The notes beneath the pieces were generated by a model that had not been told where the DNA came from, ran no database searches, and worked only from the letters and a program-made list of their open reading frames with translations. Positions 18,310 to 33,130 of a stretch of 64,000 nt of DNA are shown one piece after another. This stretch comes from the human T2T-CHM13v2.0 reference genome, Homo sapiens. A program made the translations under genes and the position numbers. The stretch lies in NCBI RefSeq assembly GCF_009914755.1, contig NC_060925.1, one strand, 5' to 3'. The first letter of the stretch is position 1. Every line of letters starts with the position of its first letter.

Positions 18310-18846
18310 CTGGCCTTAAAAATAACGTACATGTTAAAGTTCTAACTCCCAGTACTCCAAAATGTGACCTTATTTGAAAGCCAGGTTGTTGCAGACATAA
18401 TTAGTTGAGATGAGGTCAGTAGGATGGACCCCTAACCCAATATGACTTTGGTCCTTATAAATAGGGAAAATTTGGACACAAAGACACACACACACATGGA
18501 GAAGACACCGTCAAGAAACACAGGGAGAACATCAGGTGAAGATGAGGGCGGAGATTGGGGTGATGCTCCCACAAGCCCAGGAACGCCAGAGATTGCCACC
18601 AAACCGCCAGAGCTGGAGGGGTGATGCTCCCACAAGCCAAGTAACGCCAGAAATTGCCACCAAACCACCAGAGCTGGGAGAGAGGCATGGAACAGATTGT
18701 CCCTTGCAGCCCTCAGAAGGGACGAATCCTCCTGCTGACACCTTGATCTTAGATTCCTAGCATCCAAAAATGAAAGAAATACCTGTTGTCTAAGCTTCCC
18801 AGTCTCTGGTACTTTGTTACAACAGCCCTAGCCAATGAATACACTT
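18310..18846 (+). mobile_element. MLT1B/C-like LTR with a 61-bp tandem duplication
   Basis: aatgtgaccttatttg...cagccctcagaaggg...tggtactttgttacaacagccctag...aataca. Confidence 0.88.
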
Positions 18847-19154
18847 GTACATGGCTTAACTTTTCCCACCTCCATGTCTATAACCGTTCATTGCAAAAAC
18901 CTCCCTCATTGCTGCCAGTGGAAAATTGATCCATATGTCAAATGCCTTGTTCGCCTGCTTAGATATCTGCAATCAGAATTAACTCATTTCCTATTGGTCT
19001 CTATATATGCCACTCATAGCTTACCACAATCCATGTGTATTATTAGCTCATTGGAACTATGGCTCTCTATCTAACTAGATATATTGTATGTCTTGTTATA
19101 TACATTGTATAGAGTATAAGTCACAACCCAATTATTTCTCTCTCTCTCTCTCTT

Positions 19155-19299
<145 letters not shown>

Positions 19300-19356
19300 T
19301 AAGGACAGATTTTTTTTTTTAAAGCTAACCTTAGGTACTTTTTAAAAAATCAGTTC

Positions 19357-19730
19357 ATTAAAGGAAAACTTCAACCGGATTAAATGTAAAAGAATTTAAT
19401 GAAGCAATGAAGGACTCACAAATCAGGCAGCCTCCCAGGCCAGAGCAGGCTCAGGGATTCCAGCACAGCACGTCGTGGAAGAATGTTTATGAACAGAAAG
19501 AGGAAGTGAGGGACAGAGGCAGCGGATTTGTTACAGCTCAGGGTTTGCTTTATTTGAACATGGTTCAAACAGTTGGCTACATTTGATTGGCCAAAACTCA
19601 GCAATTGGCACAAGTGTGGGCTACCATCGGTTTACACCTCCACTTGTTATAGTTCACGATGTACAGAGAAACCTTTAGGCTGAACTTAAAATACGTAAGG
19701 AGGCAGCTTTAGGCTGAACTTGATTTAACA
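19357..19730 (-). mobile_element. MER57 ERV1 LTR
   Basis: Ends aatacgtaaggaggcagctttaggctgaacttgatttaaca (reverse of the MER57 5' end); internal gattggccaaaactc. Confidence 0.85.
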
Positions 19731-20439
19731 CAGTAAAATTGATACAAGACATAAAACACAAATTAGGGAGAAAATGACATTCCAAATTGTTTACAAGGTA
19801 AGCAATACATGTAGAAAAAGTAAATATGTATTTCAGTAAATTTAGCCAAGTAAGCAAAAAAAATTATAATGTAATAGACATTATCTATTAGACGTTTCTA
19901 TGATATATATGAGTCAATTCTTTTACAGGAAGCCACAGTGCATTTGAATGTGACATGTTTGCTGTGATGCTCTGTGCAGCCACACTTGGCTACAGGAGCT
20001 AGCAGCCTCTACAGTTTCCTTGTCTTCTAAGTAGGGCAGACTCGTAGGTTTCATTTTGTAGTAAGATTCTGTAAGATTCTCTTTTTTTTTTTCTAGGGAT
20101 GTTTTTCATTTAGAGTGTTTGTCAGTATTTTTTTGGAGTCACAAAGGGAAACACAGAGGAGATACAGTGAGATGATACAAACTTCCTTTCCTGGGGAAGG
20201 CAGCTGTTCATTTTCCATCTTAAATGTGATCACTTTTCCTTTTCTTAGTGTCCAGCTAGAAACCTGCATTCCTTCCAGACCTGCTCATACCCCTCTAATC
20301 TCTGATCAGCAATTCAATGTAGCGTGCATTTGTTGGGGGCACCTTGGGGATAGGGTGGGGAAATGTGTTTTAGTCATGAGCAGATATAATAACCTCATTC
20401 AGTGAGAAGTTGATGTGAGAAATGGTGGTCTTGTGTTTC

Positions 20440-20441
<2 letters not shown>

Positions 20442-20488
<47 letters not shown>
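20442..20488. repeat. (TG)n microsatellite
   Basis: Direct reading. Confidence 0.97.
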
Positions 20489-20489
<1 letters not shown>

Positions 20490-20492
<3 letters not shown>

Positions 20493-20617
20493 TTTTGGTA
20501 GAGATGGGAGTCTAGCCATGTTGTCCAGGCTGGTCTTGAGCTCTTGGCCTCAAGCAATTCTCCTGGCACAGCCTCCCAGGGTACTGGGATTGCAGTTGTG
20601 AGTCACTGTGCAAGGCC
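20490..20617 (-). mobile_element. FLAM/Alu monomer
   Basis: Reverse arm adjoining the (TG)n run. Confidence 0.8.
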
Positions 20618-23377
20618 CCTAAATCTAGATAAATGGCCCTACCTCCAAGACCAGAAACCTCGGTGAGTGTTACCTTTGATTCCTTTCTTCCCCTCATGAC
20701 CACCCCATTGTCCTGAGCTGTGTTGACTCCACCTCCTATATATTTTCCCAACCTGTCTCCTTTCCTGTCCTTATGATCATTGCCTTAGCTTGGGTCACCT
20801 TCAGTTTTCACTTAGAGAGTGAAACTCTTTTCTCATGGATTTCCTTGCTGCCTGTTGCCTACGAACCACTGTCCACACCCTAAAATGCAAGTTTAATCAC
20901 ATTGATTGTTATGTGCCAGAGAATGTGGAAAACGTAGCACTCATTTAATCGTCATAACAAGTGAGATGATTTCGTTTTTACAGTTGAGAAAACTACTGAG
21001 AACGTGAAGAACTTTCCAAAGTTTCACAGTTAATAAATGAGAGAACCAAAATTCAAATCCAATCTGGCTCCAAAATATAATTAAACACTACATTGCACTG
21101 CCCCTTTAATAACTCCCAGGGACTTCAAAATAAAATCCAAACTCATTAGTGTGGTAGGCAGGGGCCTTCGAGGATCAGCATCCTGGTTCTCATTTCCTAC
21201 ATTTTCCCTCTCCCTACACTCCCACCAGACTGAACAGTTGATCCTGCTCATTCACCTTTATGCCTCTGCATGTGTTGTTTGCTCTCTCTGGAATGTGCAT
21301 TCTACCTGTCCTGCCAGCCTCCTTTTATCTTCATGGTTTATGTGTATTGAGCACCGATTTGGTGGCAGGTGCATCAATTATCCTGTTTACTCATCACCAC
21401 AATTTTGTAAGAGAGATACTCATCTCTGTTTTATAAAAGTAGAAACTGAGCCTTGAGAGGGTAAATAAATTTCCCATGGACTTAAGTGCTAAGTCAAACC
21501 AGGTTTGTTGTGGCCAACTTTTAACCCAATCACTTAAAAAAATCATCTTTTTTAAAAAATTAAGGTATTACATGCAAAAAATCATCCATTTTAGGTGTAC
21601 AGTTTGATAAATTTTGATAATTATATGTAACCATGTAACCACCACTATTAAGATATATGATATCCAGCTCTTCATGGCATGGAAAGAAAAGATACGTAAT
21701 ATTTCTCTTATTCTAAAAGCTTCCTTGTGCTCCTTTTTAGTTGATCCCTTCTTCTGACCCTCAAGCAACCACTGATCTGATTTCTGTCACTGCAGTAAAA
21801 TCATACAGTATGTAGTCTTTGTTCTTTCGTGTTTGACTTCTTTCACTCAATGTCCTTGAAATTCATTTATATTCTCTTATGTACTAATATTTTGTTCCTT
21901 TTTACTGCTGAGTGGTATTCCTCAGTATGAATATGCTATAATTGTTCATTTGTATATCAATGAGTGAGCATTTAAATTATTTCCAGTGTTTGGCTCTTAT
22001 GAATAAAACTGCTTTAATCTTCATATACACATCTTTGTGTGGAGGTATGTTGACATTTCTCTTGAGTAAATACCTAGGAGTGAAGTTGCAAGGTCATGTG
22101 GTAAGTCTATGTTTAACTTGACAAGACTGCCATGCTATTTTTCAAAGTGGCTGTACTATGTGGCATTCCCATCCTGAGTTTTAATTCTATTTTTCCAATA
22201 TTTATACCTTTTATTTCTTTTTCTTATCTAATTATCCTGGCTAGGACATTCAGTACAATGTTAAATAGAAATGGTAAGTGCAGATATCCTGAACTTGTTC
22301 TTGATTGTAGATAGAAAGCATTGACAGCTGTAGGTTTTTAATACACATTCTTAGGTTGAAGAAAGTCCCTTATATTTCTAGTTTCCCAAAGATTTTCATC
22401 TCAAAAGAGTGATAAATATGTCACGTTTTTCTGCCTTTATTGAAATAATCATATGGGTTTTCTCCTTTATTCTATTAATAGTGTGAATTAGACAAATTCA
22501 TTTTTAGATGTTAAATCAATCTTGCATTCCCAGGATAAAACCACTTGATTACAATGTCTTATCATTTTTATATATTATTTGATTCAATTTGGTAATATTT
22601 TTGAGAACTCTTTCATGTTTGTGTTTATGAGGAGTATTGGTCTGATGTTCTCTTGTGATCTCTTTGGTTTTCAAATCAGAATAACATTAGCTTCATAATA
22701 TACCTTGGAAAGTGTTCCCTCCTCTATTTTCTGAAAGTGTTTGTGTAGAACTGATATTATCACTTCCTTAAGTGTTTTAAAGAATTCGTCAGTAAAGCAA
22801 TCTACACTTAGGTTTTTCTTTGTGGGAAGATTTTAGATTATAAATTCAATTTCTTCATTGATATATTGCTGTTCAAGCTTTCTATTTCTTCTTTGGTCAA
22901 TTTTGGTAATCTGTGTTTTTGAAGGACTTTGCTAAATTCACCTAGGTTGTCAATTTTATTGGCATGAAATTGTTTATAATATTTTCTTATTATCTTTTTT
23001 AGTTTCTGTGGGTTCTGTAGTGATGCCTTATTGCTCATTTCTAACATTGATAATTTGTGTCTTTTCTCTTTTTTTGAAGAATCAACTTTGGTTTTACTGA
23101 TTTTCTCTATTTTTTTGTATTCTCTTTTATTGAGTCATGCTCTAATTTTTGTTATTTCCTACTTTCTGTTAGGTTTGGGTTAAATTTATTCTCATTTTAC
23201 TAGTTTCTAGGCTTATAATTTATATCACTGGTTTGATACCTTCCTCCTTTTCCATTATAGGCATTTGAAGCTGTCCATCTTTCCCTAAGTACCTCATAGA
23301 TATTTGATGTGTTACATATTCATTTTCTTTCAGTTCAAAATATCTTATAATTTATCTTTTGATTTCTTCTTTGCTCT

Positions 23378-23695
<318 letters not shown>

Positions 23696-24352
23696 TTCTA
23701 ATAATTTTTAAAAATATATTGTTTGTTTAATTTTCAAGCATTTAGGCTTTTTCTAGTTATTTTATTTGTATTTGTTTATAATCCATTTTATTGTGGTCAG
23801 ATAACATACTTGGTTTGATTTCAATCTTTTGAATATTGTTGAGACTTATTTTATGATCTAGAATATGGATTATGTTGGTTAACATACCATTTGCACTTGA
23901 ATTTACATGCTTCAATTGTTGGGGTTCTATCAATATCAATTGAGGTCGTTTGTAATGTTGTTTAGATTTTCTATGTCATTGCTGATTTTTTGTTTAGTTC
24001 TTCCATCAGTTGACAAGAGAAAGAAGTGTTAAAATTTCTAACAATGATTGTGAAATTATTTACTTACCTGTTTCATTCTGTCAATGTTTTATTCCTGTAT
24101 TTGAAACTGTTACTCAGAGCATATACATTTATGTTTCTCCCAATGAAACACTACAAAAGGTCTCCCTTTATCTCTGGCAATGCATTTTAGTTTTTTATCT
24201 ATTTTATTTGATATTAATATAACCACTTCAGCCTTATTATGCTAACTGTTGATATGGTATTTCTTTCCAGATCTCTTTATTTTTCTACTTGTGTATTTAT
24301 ATTGAAAAGAAGTCTTTTGTAAACAGCATATAATTGAGTCCTATTTTCTTTC

Positions 24353-25530
24353 TGTGATATTGTGAAATACTTATTTAGTTTTCCTCCCTGTTTTCTGGCA
24401 TGTAATTTCTCAAACCATTGGAATCTCCAAAATGATAAGTGTCTTTTTGTATGCTAATGATTTGCTGATGGCTGGAGTCTTTTGAATAGCCTCAGGATGG
24501 GGACTCATTGCTAAGGGAACAAATCATGTGGTTAGAAGGTTGGAATTTTACCCCTCCACCTCTAGTGAGGAAAGAGAGGCTGAAGGTTGAGTTGATCACC
24601 AATGGCCAATGAGGTAATCAAGCATACTTATTTAATGAAGCTTCCACAGAAAACCAAAAGTGCTGGGTTCAGAGAACTTCCAGATAGTTGAACATGTGGA
24701 GATTCCTGAAGGGTGGTGCACTTGGAGAAGGCACGGAAGCTCCATGACCTTTCCCACATACTTTGCCCTATGCACCCATCCATCTGCCTGTTTATTTGTA
24801 TTCTTTGTAATATCCTCTATAATGAACAAGTAAACATACATGTTTCCACAGATTTTGTGAGCAGTCCTACCAAATCAATTGAACTTAAAGAAGGGGGTCA
24901 GAGAATCCCCAATTTATAACCTATCGATCAGAAGTGCAATCAGCTCTCTGCATCCCTGGTTTCCACATTCACGGGTTCAAGCTACCATGGGTTGAAAATA
25001 TTTGGGAAAAGAAAACTAATAAAGAAAATAACAATATAACAATAAAAAAACACAACATTTAAAAATACAGTATGACAACTATTTACATAATATTTACATT
25101 GTATTAGATATTATAAGTAATCTAGAGATACCATAAAGTATATAGAAGGATGTACATAAATTATATGCAAATACTACACCATTTTATAAAAGGGATGGGA
25201 ACATCTGCAGATTTTGGTATCTCCAGAAAATTCTGGAACCAATCCCTGCAGCTACCAAGGAATGACTGTGTAGGTGACAACTTATTACTTGCAGTTGGCA
25301 TTTGGAGTGGGAAGCAATCTTGTGAGACTGAGCCCTCAACCTGTGGGATCTGATGCTATCTCCAGGTAGATACTGTCAGAATTGAATTGAGTTATAGGAC
25401 ATTCAGCTGGTGTTCACTGAAGAATCTGCTAGGGCATTGGTTGCTGGTGAGGATTGCTGATCAGAGGTCATAGACATGATCTGTGTTGGCAGGTAGAAGT
25501 AAAAAAAAAAGTTTGTTTTTTCCTCTCACA
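24353..25530 (+). mobile_element. MER21 LTR, split by MER2
   Basis: TGTGATATTGTGAAATA...CTCACA with a 5-bp TSD, CTTTC (24348-24352 and 25531-25535). Confidence 0.85.
24940..25268 (-). mobile_element. MER2 (TcMar-Tigger) DNA transposon
   Basis: gtaatctagagat...tatatgcaaatactacaccattttata...ggaaccaatccc...gactg matches reverse MER2. Confidence 0.85.
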
Positions 25531-26306
25531 CTTTCATTCTGAAAGTCTCCGCCTTTTACTGGAGTGTTAAGTCTATCAATTTTTAATGAACTACTGATAT
25601 GCTTGGGTTTGGGTCTATTTTTTTGTTATTGTTCTTTACTTATCTCATCTGTTCTTTATTCTTCTGTTCCTACATTTCTGCCTTCCCTTGGAGGAAATAT
25701 CTCAAAAAATGTTAATTATATTTTAGTTGTCCACATGGATTTTTAGCTAGACTTTTTTGCTTTTTTTTTTACTGGTTACCCTAAGGATTACTATATGTAT
25801 ATGGGCATATATATACACACACACATACATACATACATACATATACATATGCTTGTGGGCATGCACACACACAAACACATATATATATACACACATATAT
25901 ATATATTATATACACACAACCTTTCATAGCTCTCTTACAGTTAATATGTACTATTTTCTGTAAAGTATAAATATCTTACAACTTTGTAAATCTATATTTT
26001 CCCTCTATTTTTATGTTATAGTTATTACATGTATTATATCTATATACATTTAAAACTCCAAAAGACATTGTTATAATTTTTCCTGTAATCAGTTATATTT
26101 TATAAAGAAATTAAGAGAAAAAACGCAAAAGGAAAAATAAGTTTGTATATTCTAATTATTTGCCATTTCCAAAACCCTTGTTTCTGAGGATCCACATTTT
26201 CCTCTGGTATTATTTCTCTTTAGCCTGAAGAACTTTCTTTAGCAATTCTTGTAGAGAACATCTACTCGTAATAAAGTCTCTGTATCTTTATTTCACCTAA
26301 ATTCTT

Positions 26307-26410
26307 TTTTTTTCTTTTATTATCATTATACTTTAAGTTTTAGGGTACATGTGCACAATGTGCAGGTTAGTTACATGTGTATACATGTGCCATGCTGGTG
26401 TGCTGCACCC
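26307..26410 (-). mobile_element. Very short, young L1PA 3' end insertion
   Basis: ttatactttaagttttagggtacatgtgcacaatgtgcaggttagttac...gctgcaccc; 13-bp TSD c(a/g)cctaaattctt. Confidence 0.92.
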
Positions 26411-26749
26411 CGCCTAAATTCTTAGAGAATATTTTTGCTGGATATAAAATACTGGATTGACAGTTTTTTTCCCAGCACTTTAATTACACTGTTTCACTTT
26501 ATTCTAGCCTCCAGAATTTCTGATGAGAAATCTGATATTAATTAGATCATTGTTCCTCTGTATGTAATATATTATTTTCTCTTGCTCCTTTGTTTTTGTT
26601 TGTTTGAGTTTTGGGTTTTTTTGTTTGTTGTTTTTTGTGTTTTTTTGTGTTTATTTTTAATTTTTTTTTTTTTTTTGGTGGTGGTTTCTTTGTTTTGTTT
26701 TTAGAGACAGAGTCTTTTTTTATTTATTTATTTCAAGAGACAAGGTTTT

Positions 26750-27020
26750 AGCCAGGCATGGTGGCTCATGCCTGTAATCCCAGTACTTTGGAAGGCTGAG
26801 GTGGGAGGATCGCTTGAGCCCAGGAGTTTGAGACCAGCCTAGGCAACATAGTGAGACCCCTATGTCTACAAAAAATTTAAAAATTAGCCAGGATATGGTG
26901 GAATGTACCTGTAGTCCCTGTTACCTGGGAGGCTGAGGTGAGGGGATTGTTTGAGCCCAAGAGTTCAAGGCTGCAGTGAGCTATGATTGTGCCACTGAAG
27001 CCCAACCTGGATAAAAAAAG
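26750..27020 (+). mobile_element. AluJ-like element
   Basis: Full Alu whose tail runs into a purine tract. Confidence 0.9.
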
Positions 27021-27366
27021 ACAAAGAAGAAAGAAAGAAACAGAGAAGAAACAAAGAAAGAAAGAAAGAGAGAGAGAGAAAGAAAGAAAGAAAGAAAAGA
27101 AAGGAAGGAAGGAAGGAAGGAAGGAAGGAAGGAAGGAAGGAAGGAAGGAAGGAAGGAAAGAAGGGAGGGAGGGAGGGAGGGAAGGAAGGAAAGAAGGAAG
27201 GAAGGAAGGAAGGAAGGAACGAAGAAAGAAAAAGAAAGAAAAAGAAAGGAAGGAAGGAAGAAAGAGAAAGAAAGAAAACAGAAAGAAAAAGAGAGAGAGA
27301 CGGAGGGAGGGAGGGAGGAAGGAGAGAAAGAAAGAAAGAAATGAAAGGAAAGGAAAGGAAAGGAAA
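27010..27366. repeat. Compound purine microsatellite (AAAG/GGAA/GGAG)
   Basis: About 350 bp, almost purely A/G; 14 uninterrupted GGAA units at 27103-27158. Confidence 0.97.
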
Positions 27367-27478
27367 GTCTGTCTCATTATGTTGTGCAGGCTGGGCTTGA
27401 ACTCCTGGGTTCAAGCAATCTTTCCACCTCAGCTTCCCAAAGTGCCAAGATTACAGGCATGAGCCATTGTGACTGACC
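27367..27478 (-). mobile_element. FLAM monomer (tail probably at about 26720-26750, separated by the Alu)
   Basis: Reverse arm. Confidence 0.75.
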
Positions 27479-28909
27479 CTCTTGCTTCTTCAAAAATTTG
27501 CTCTTATCTTTTTCTTCAAGCACTTTGATTATGATGTCCTTGGTGTGGGCTTCCTTGTGTGTGTCTCTTAGTGGGTTGTTGTTTTTTAGTTGTTTGTTCA
27601 GCATCTTTTTTTTGCAAATTTATATCTTTCATTGAATTTGGGAAATCTCAGCCATTTAAAACAAGTTTTTCTGTCCCATTCTTCTTTCCCTCTCTTTCTG
27701 TTATTTCAGTTACATCCATGCTGGATTGTTTGATATCATCTAACAGATTCCTGAGGGCTCTGTTTATTTTTTATCTTCTTTCTCTGTTTTATATCTTAGA
27801 TAATTTCTATTTATCTCTGTTTATGTTCACTTACTCTTTTCTTTGTCAAGTTCATTTAGATGTCACATTCATTTAGTACACTTATGTTTCAGAAATTTTA
27901 TTTTTCAGTCTAGAAGTTCCATTTGGTTCTTTATTGTTTCTATATCTCTGCTGAGATTTCTTCTCTGCTAAAATTTTCATTCATTGAAAACATGTTTTTT
28001 TCCATTTATAATCGTTATAATCGAGTTTCAAAATCCTTGCCTATTCAGTCCAACATGTTTCCATCCCAGGGTCAGACTTGATTGATTTTCTTTTCTTCTG
28101 AGAATTTAGTTCAGTTTTCTTGGTTCTTTGTGTGTCAGGGAATTCTGGGTTGTAGCTTAGACATTACGAATGTTCAGTTGTAGAGGTTCTGCATTTTGTT
28201 TTTCCCCCCTCAGTGAGTGTCGTTTCCTTTGTCTTAGCAGGTAATATTCTTGGCTGGGTTTAATTGCAAACTATGTTTTAAGTAGCAGCTCTGGTTTCAG
28301 TTCAGACCTTTGGTTTGTAACTGATCTACCTTGAGTCTGTCCCATTTGTTCCTGCTGTAGGAGTGAGTCGGAGATATGGATAGATCGATTTAGGAAAGTC
28401 GTTCTCTGACTCTCGCCCTTCCATGGTTCCCTGCCCCTATTCTATTTAGCATTCAGTGTTTTCTGGCACCACCCTTTTGGTTCCCCAGGCCAGCTATCAA
28501 CCCAGGCTAAAGCCACAAAGCTGCTAGTCTCCCCTTCCCTCCTTCTCCAGGGTAACTCTCCACCAGAATCTGTTTGCCTCTGTTTACTCTCCAGTACCTT
28601 CAGGTAGTTACCTTTTGTGTTATGGTCAGGTTTTGCCATTGTTTTCTGCATAAAGAGTCATCCAATAGATGTTAGTTTTTATATCTGGAAGCAGAATTGA
28701 CAGATTATTCTTACTTTTGGTCAGTGTTCTGAACTCAACTTAGGCATTGCCTGGGAAACTCTCCCTGACTTTTAGGTCTAGGATAGGTTTAGCCTCTGTT
28801 TGCTTGCCTAGCACACCCATTCACTCATTCATTTATTTATTCATTCACAAAACAATTGCTTTCCTAAGCCCTGAGGGAACCACATGAATAAGAAAGTGTC
28901 CTTTCTCAG

Positions 28910-29512
28910 ATATGAACAGACACTTCTCAAAAGAAGACATTTATGCGCCAACAGACACATGAAAACATGCTCATCATCACTGGCCATCAGAGAAATGCAA
29001 ATCAAAACCACAATGAGATACCATCTTATGCCAGTTAGAAAGGCGATCATTAAAAAATCAGGAAACAACAGATGCTGGAGAGGATGTGGAGAAATAGGAA
29101 AGCTTTTACACTGTTGGTGGGAGTGTATTAGTTCAACCATTGTGGAAGACAGTGTGTTGATTCCTCAAGGATCTAGAACTAGAAATACCATTTGACCCAG
29201 TGATCCCATTACTGGGTATATACCCACAAGATTATAAATCATGCTACTACAAAGACACATACACATGTATGTTTATTGTGGCACTATTCGCAATAGCAAA
29301 GACTTGGAACCAACCAAAATATCCATCAATGGTAGACTTGATTAAGAAAATGTGGCACATACACACCATGGAATACTATGCAGCCATAACAAAGGATGAG
29401 TTCATGTCTTTTGCAGGGACATGGATGAAACTGGAACATAATTCTCAGCAAACTATCACAAGGACAGAAAACCAAACACCGCATGTTCTCACTCATAGGT
29501 GGGAATTGAACA
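28910..29512 (+). mobile_element. L1PA ORF2 C-terminal fragment
   Basis: [29 protein letters not shown] and MFIVALFAIAKTWNQPK match the L1 ORF2 Cys-rich end. Confidence 0.95.
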
Positions 29513-29809
29513 CTTGTTTACGTGTCTGCCTCTTTTCAGATTCTAAACTCCTGGAGGACACGGTCCACATTTTGCTCATATTTTATTCTCAATACTTAAT
29601 AATTATTTAAATAAGCAAATGAGTAGAATTTAACAAGTGGTAAATGAAATAAATGTCATAGCAAATTGGAGCAATAGAGGCATGGAAACAAACTTTCCAG
29701 TGTGTTCAGGGAACTACAAATAGTCTTTGGAATGTGGCATCTGCGGGGAGCTGCAGTAGATGAATCTGCAGCCAGCTGATAGAGGACCACACTGACAATT
29801 TTTTGATGG

Positions 29810-30706
<897 letters not shown>

Positions 30707-31790
30707 AAGCAGCAGACCAGTTAGCAGAAATAGCCACCTCCACGCAGCCACTGTAAGGAGTGACTTCTTGTAAGGAGTGTCTATGAGCAAGTAATTCCTA
30801 CAGCAGTTTCCTAAATTCCACAGCTGTAACTAAAAGGTACTTTAAAAAATACTTTTAGCTTCACGAATAAGGAATGGATTAAGTTTCTGCAAATATTTAA
30901 AATCTTTGAAGTCGTTTGCAAGCCCCATTCTTCTGCTTGGCTGCTGAGGGCCACGCCTGTTCCTGAGGATTACCTCTCCCAGACCCCAACCCTCCTTCCA
31001 CCACACCTCAGCCCTGGGAGGCCTGGTGACCAGCTGGGAGTGCCGGGCTCCAAGGCTGAGAGGTGTTGCTCAATCAGCTGAAGTGTCCTAGTCCATGAAA
31101 AGGGTACGATTTCTCTTTGCCGAAGAGACAATGCGGGAACCTTAGGAGAAAACAGCAGGAAAAGACATTGCTGCCCAGGTGGACACACATCTCCTCCAGG
31201 TGCGCTTTCCTTGGCTTTTGAGGCCTCGTATATTTGGACGTTGAAGGCGTCCCTCAGGTACCACCTGGAATGGTTTGTGCGAGTGGAGCTCTACTACCAA
31301 ATGAAAACTTTCAATTACATTATTGTGCATAATGGACTTGGGGGCCTTTTTAAAGCAAAGGAAGTAACACTGCAGGAAAGGCAAAATGGAATTAAAGAAG
31401 CGGAGAGGTAACCATTTGTTTTTGTTTGACGCATCTAAGTAATTTTTTAAATGTTTTAATTCACAGGGTTGAAAACCGATGGCTGATAAGATAAATGTAA
31501 CTCCATGTTTTGTTCAGCTTGCTCAGTGCACTAGAATTTGAGAAAGTTCCCATTAAAAATCTGGTTTCTCTTGAAATATGGGAAGACCTGGCAACACTAG
31601 GCCATAGTCCCACAACACGCACCAAGAGTTCAGAGCTGAGTGGCAGCCGCTCCCTCTGGCAGGGTTAGATGACCTCCGACCCCTGCAGGGCACCCCTGTT
31701 GTGGTCACTAACCACGTCCGCTCACTTATGCATATCTGCCAGGCTCCTGGAGCATCTACGTTTTCTGATCCCTGCCTCAAAGACTTCCTA

Positions 31791-32198
<408 letters not shown>

Positions 32199-32559
32199 TT
32201 ATTCTTGCAAAACATATTAGATGGACCCTGATAGGGGTCACTGACCTTCCCATGAGGTATGAACAAGAAAAGACCAAGCGTCAATAGAAGTAAGGTTTTT
32301 CTCTAGATCTGCCAGCGGCCTATGCTGTAACCACGGTTTACTCAGCAACTAGCACCATGCCCAGCATGCTCCATTAGTAAGCTCTGAATGGATGGAGTAA
32401 TTTTACTATGGTCTTAAGCAGTTTACTCATTTAACCAAATGGTCTCCAAGGTTTGTCCAGCCCTATTTTCTGTGATTCTGTGGGCAAAGATTTCCTGGTG
32501 GCTTAATATGACTGAATGCAAGAATAATGGGCAGGGAACCAAAACTCTGCCCAGTGGTT

Positions 32560-33130
32560 GTTTTTTTTTTCCATAGGTTATTGGGGAACAGATGGTATTT
32601 TGTTACATGACTAAGTTCTTCAGTGGTGATTTGTGAGATTTTGGTGCACCCATCACCCGAGGGGTAAACACTGCACCCTATTTGTGGTCTTTTATCCCTC
32701 ACCTCCATCCCACCCTTCCCCTCAGGTCCCCAAAGTCCATTGTATCATCCTTATGCCTTTGTGTCCTCATAGCTTAGCTCCCACATATCTGTGAGAACAT
32801 ACAGTGTTTGGTTTTCCATCCCTGAGTTACATCACTTAGAATAATAGTCTCCAATCTCATCCACATGGCTGCAAATGCCGTTAATTCATTCCTTTCTATG
32901 GCTGAGTAGTATTCCATCATATATATATATACACCACAGTTTCTTTGTCCACTTGCTGATCGATGGGCATTTGGGTTGGTTCCACGATTTTGCAATTGCA
33001 AATTGTGCTGCTATAAACGTGTGTGCAAGTATCTTTTTTGCTTAATGACTTCTTTTCCTCTGGGTAGATACCCAAGAGTCGGATTGCTGAATCAAATGGT
33101 AGTTTTAGTTCTTTAAGGAATCTCCACACT
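32560..33130 (-). mobile_element. L1PB-type 3' end insertion
   Basis: ccataggttattggggaacag...ttggtgcacccatcacccga 3'UTR; MWRFLKELK and MEYYSAI ORF2 end; flanking ctctgccca repeat. Confidence 0.9.

Noticed and set aside
26877-27462. Long ORFs of 149-166 aa on both strands
   Set aside because: They are translations of the purine microsatellite and Alu; stop-free because of low complexity.
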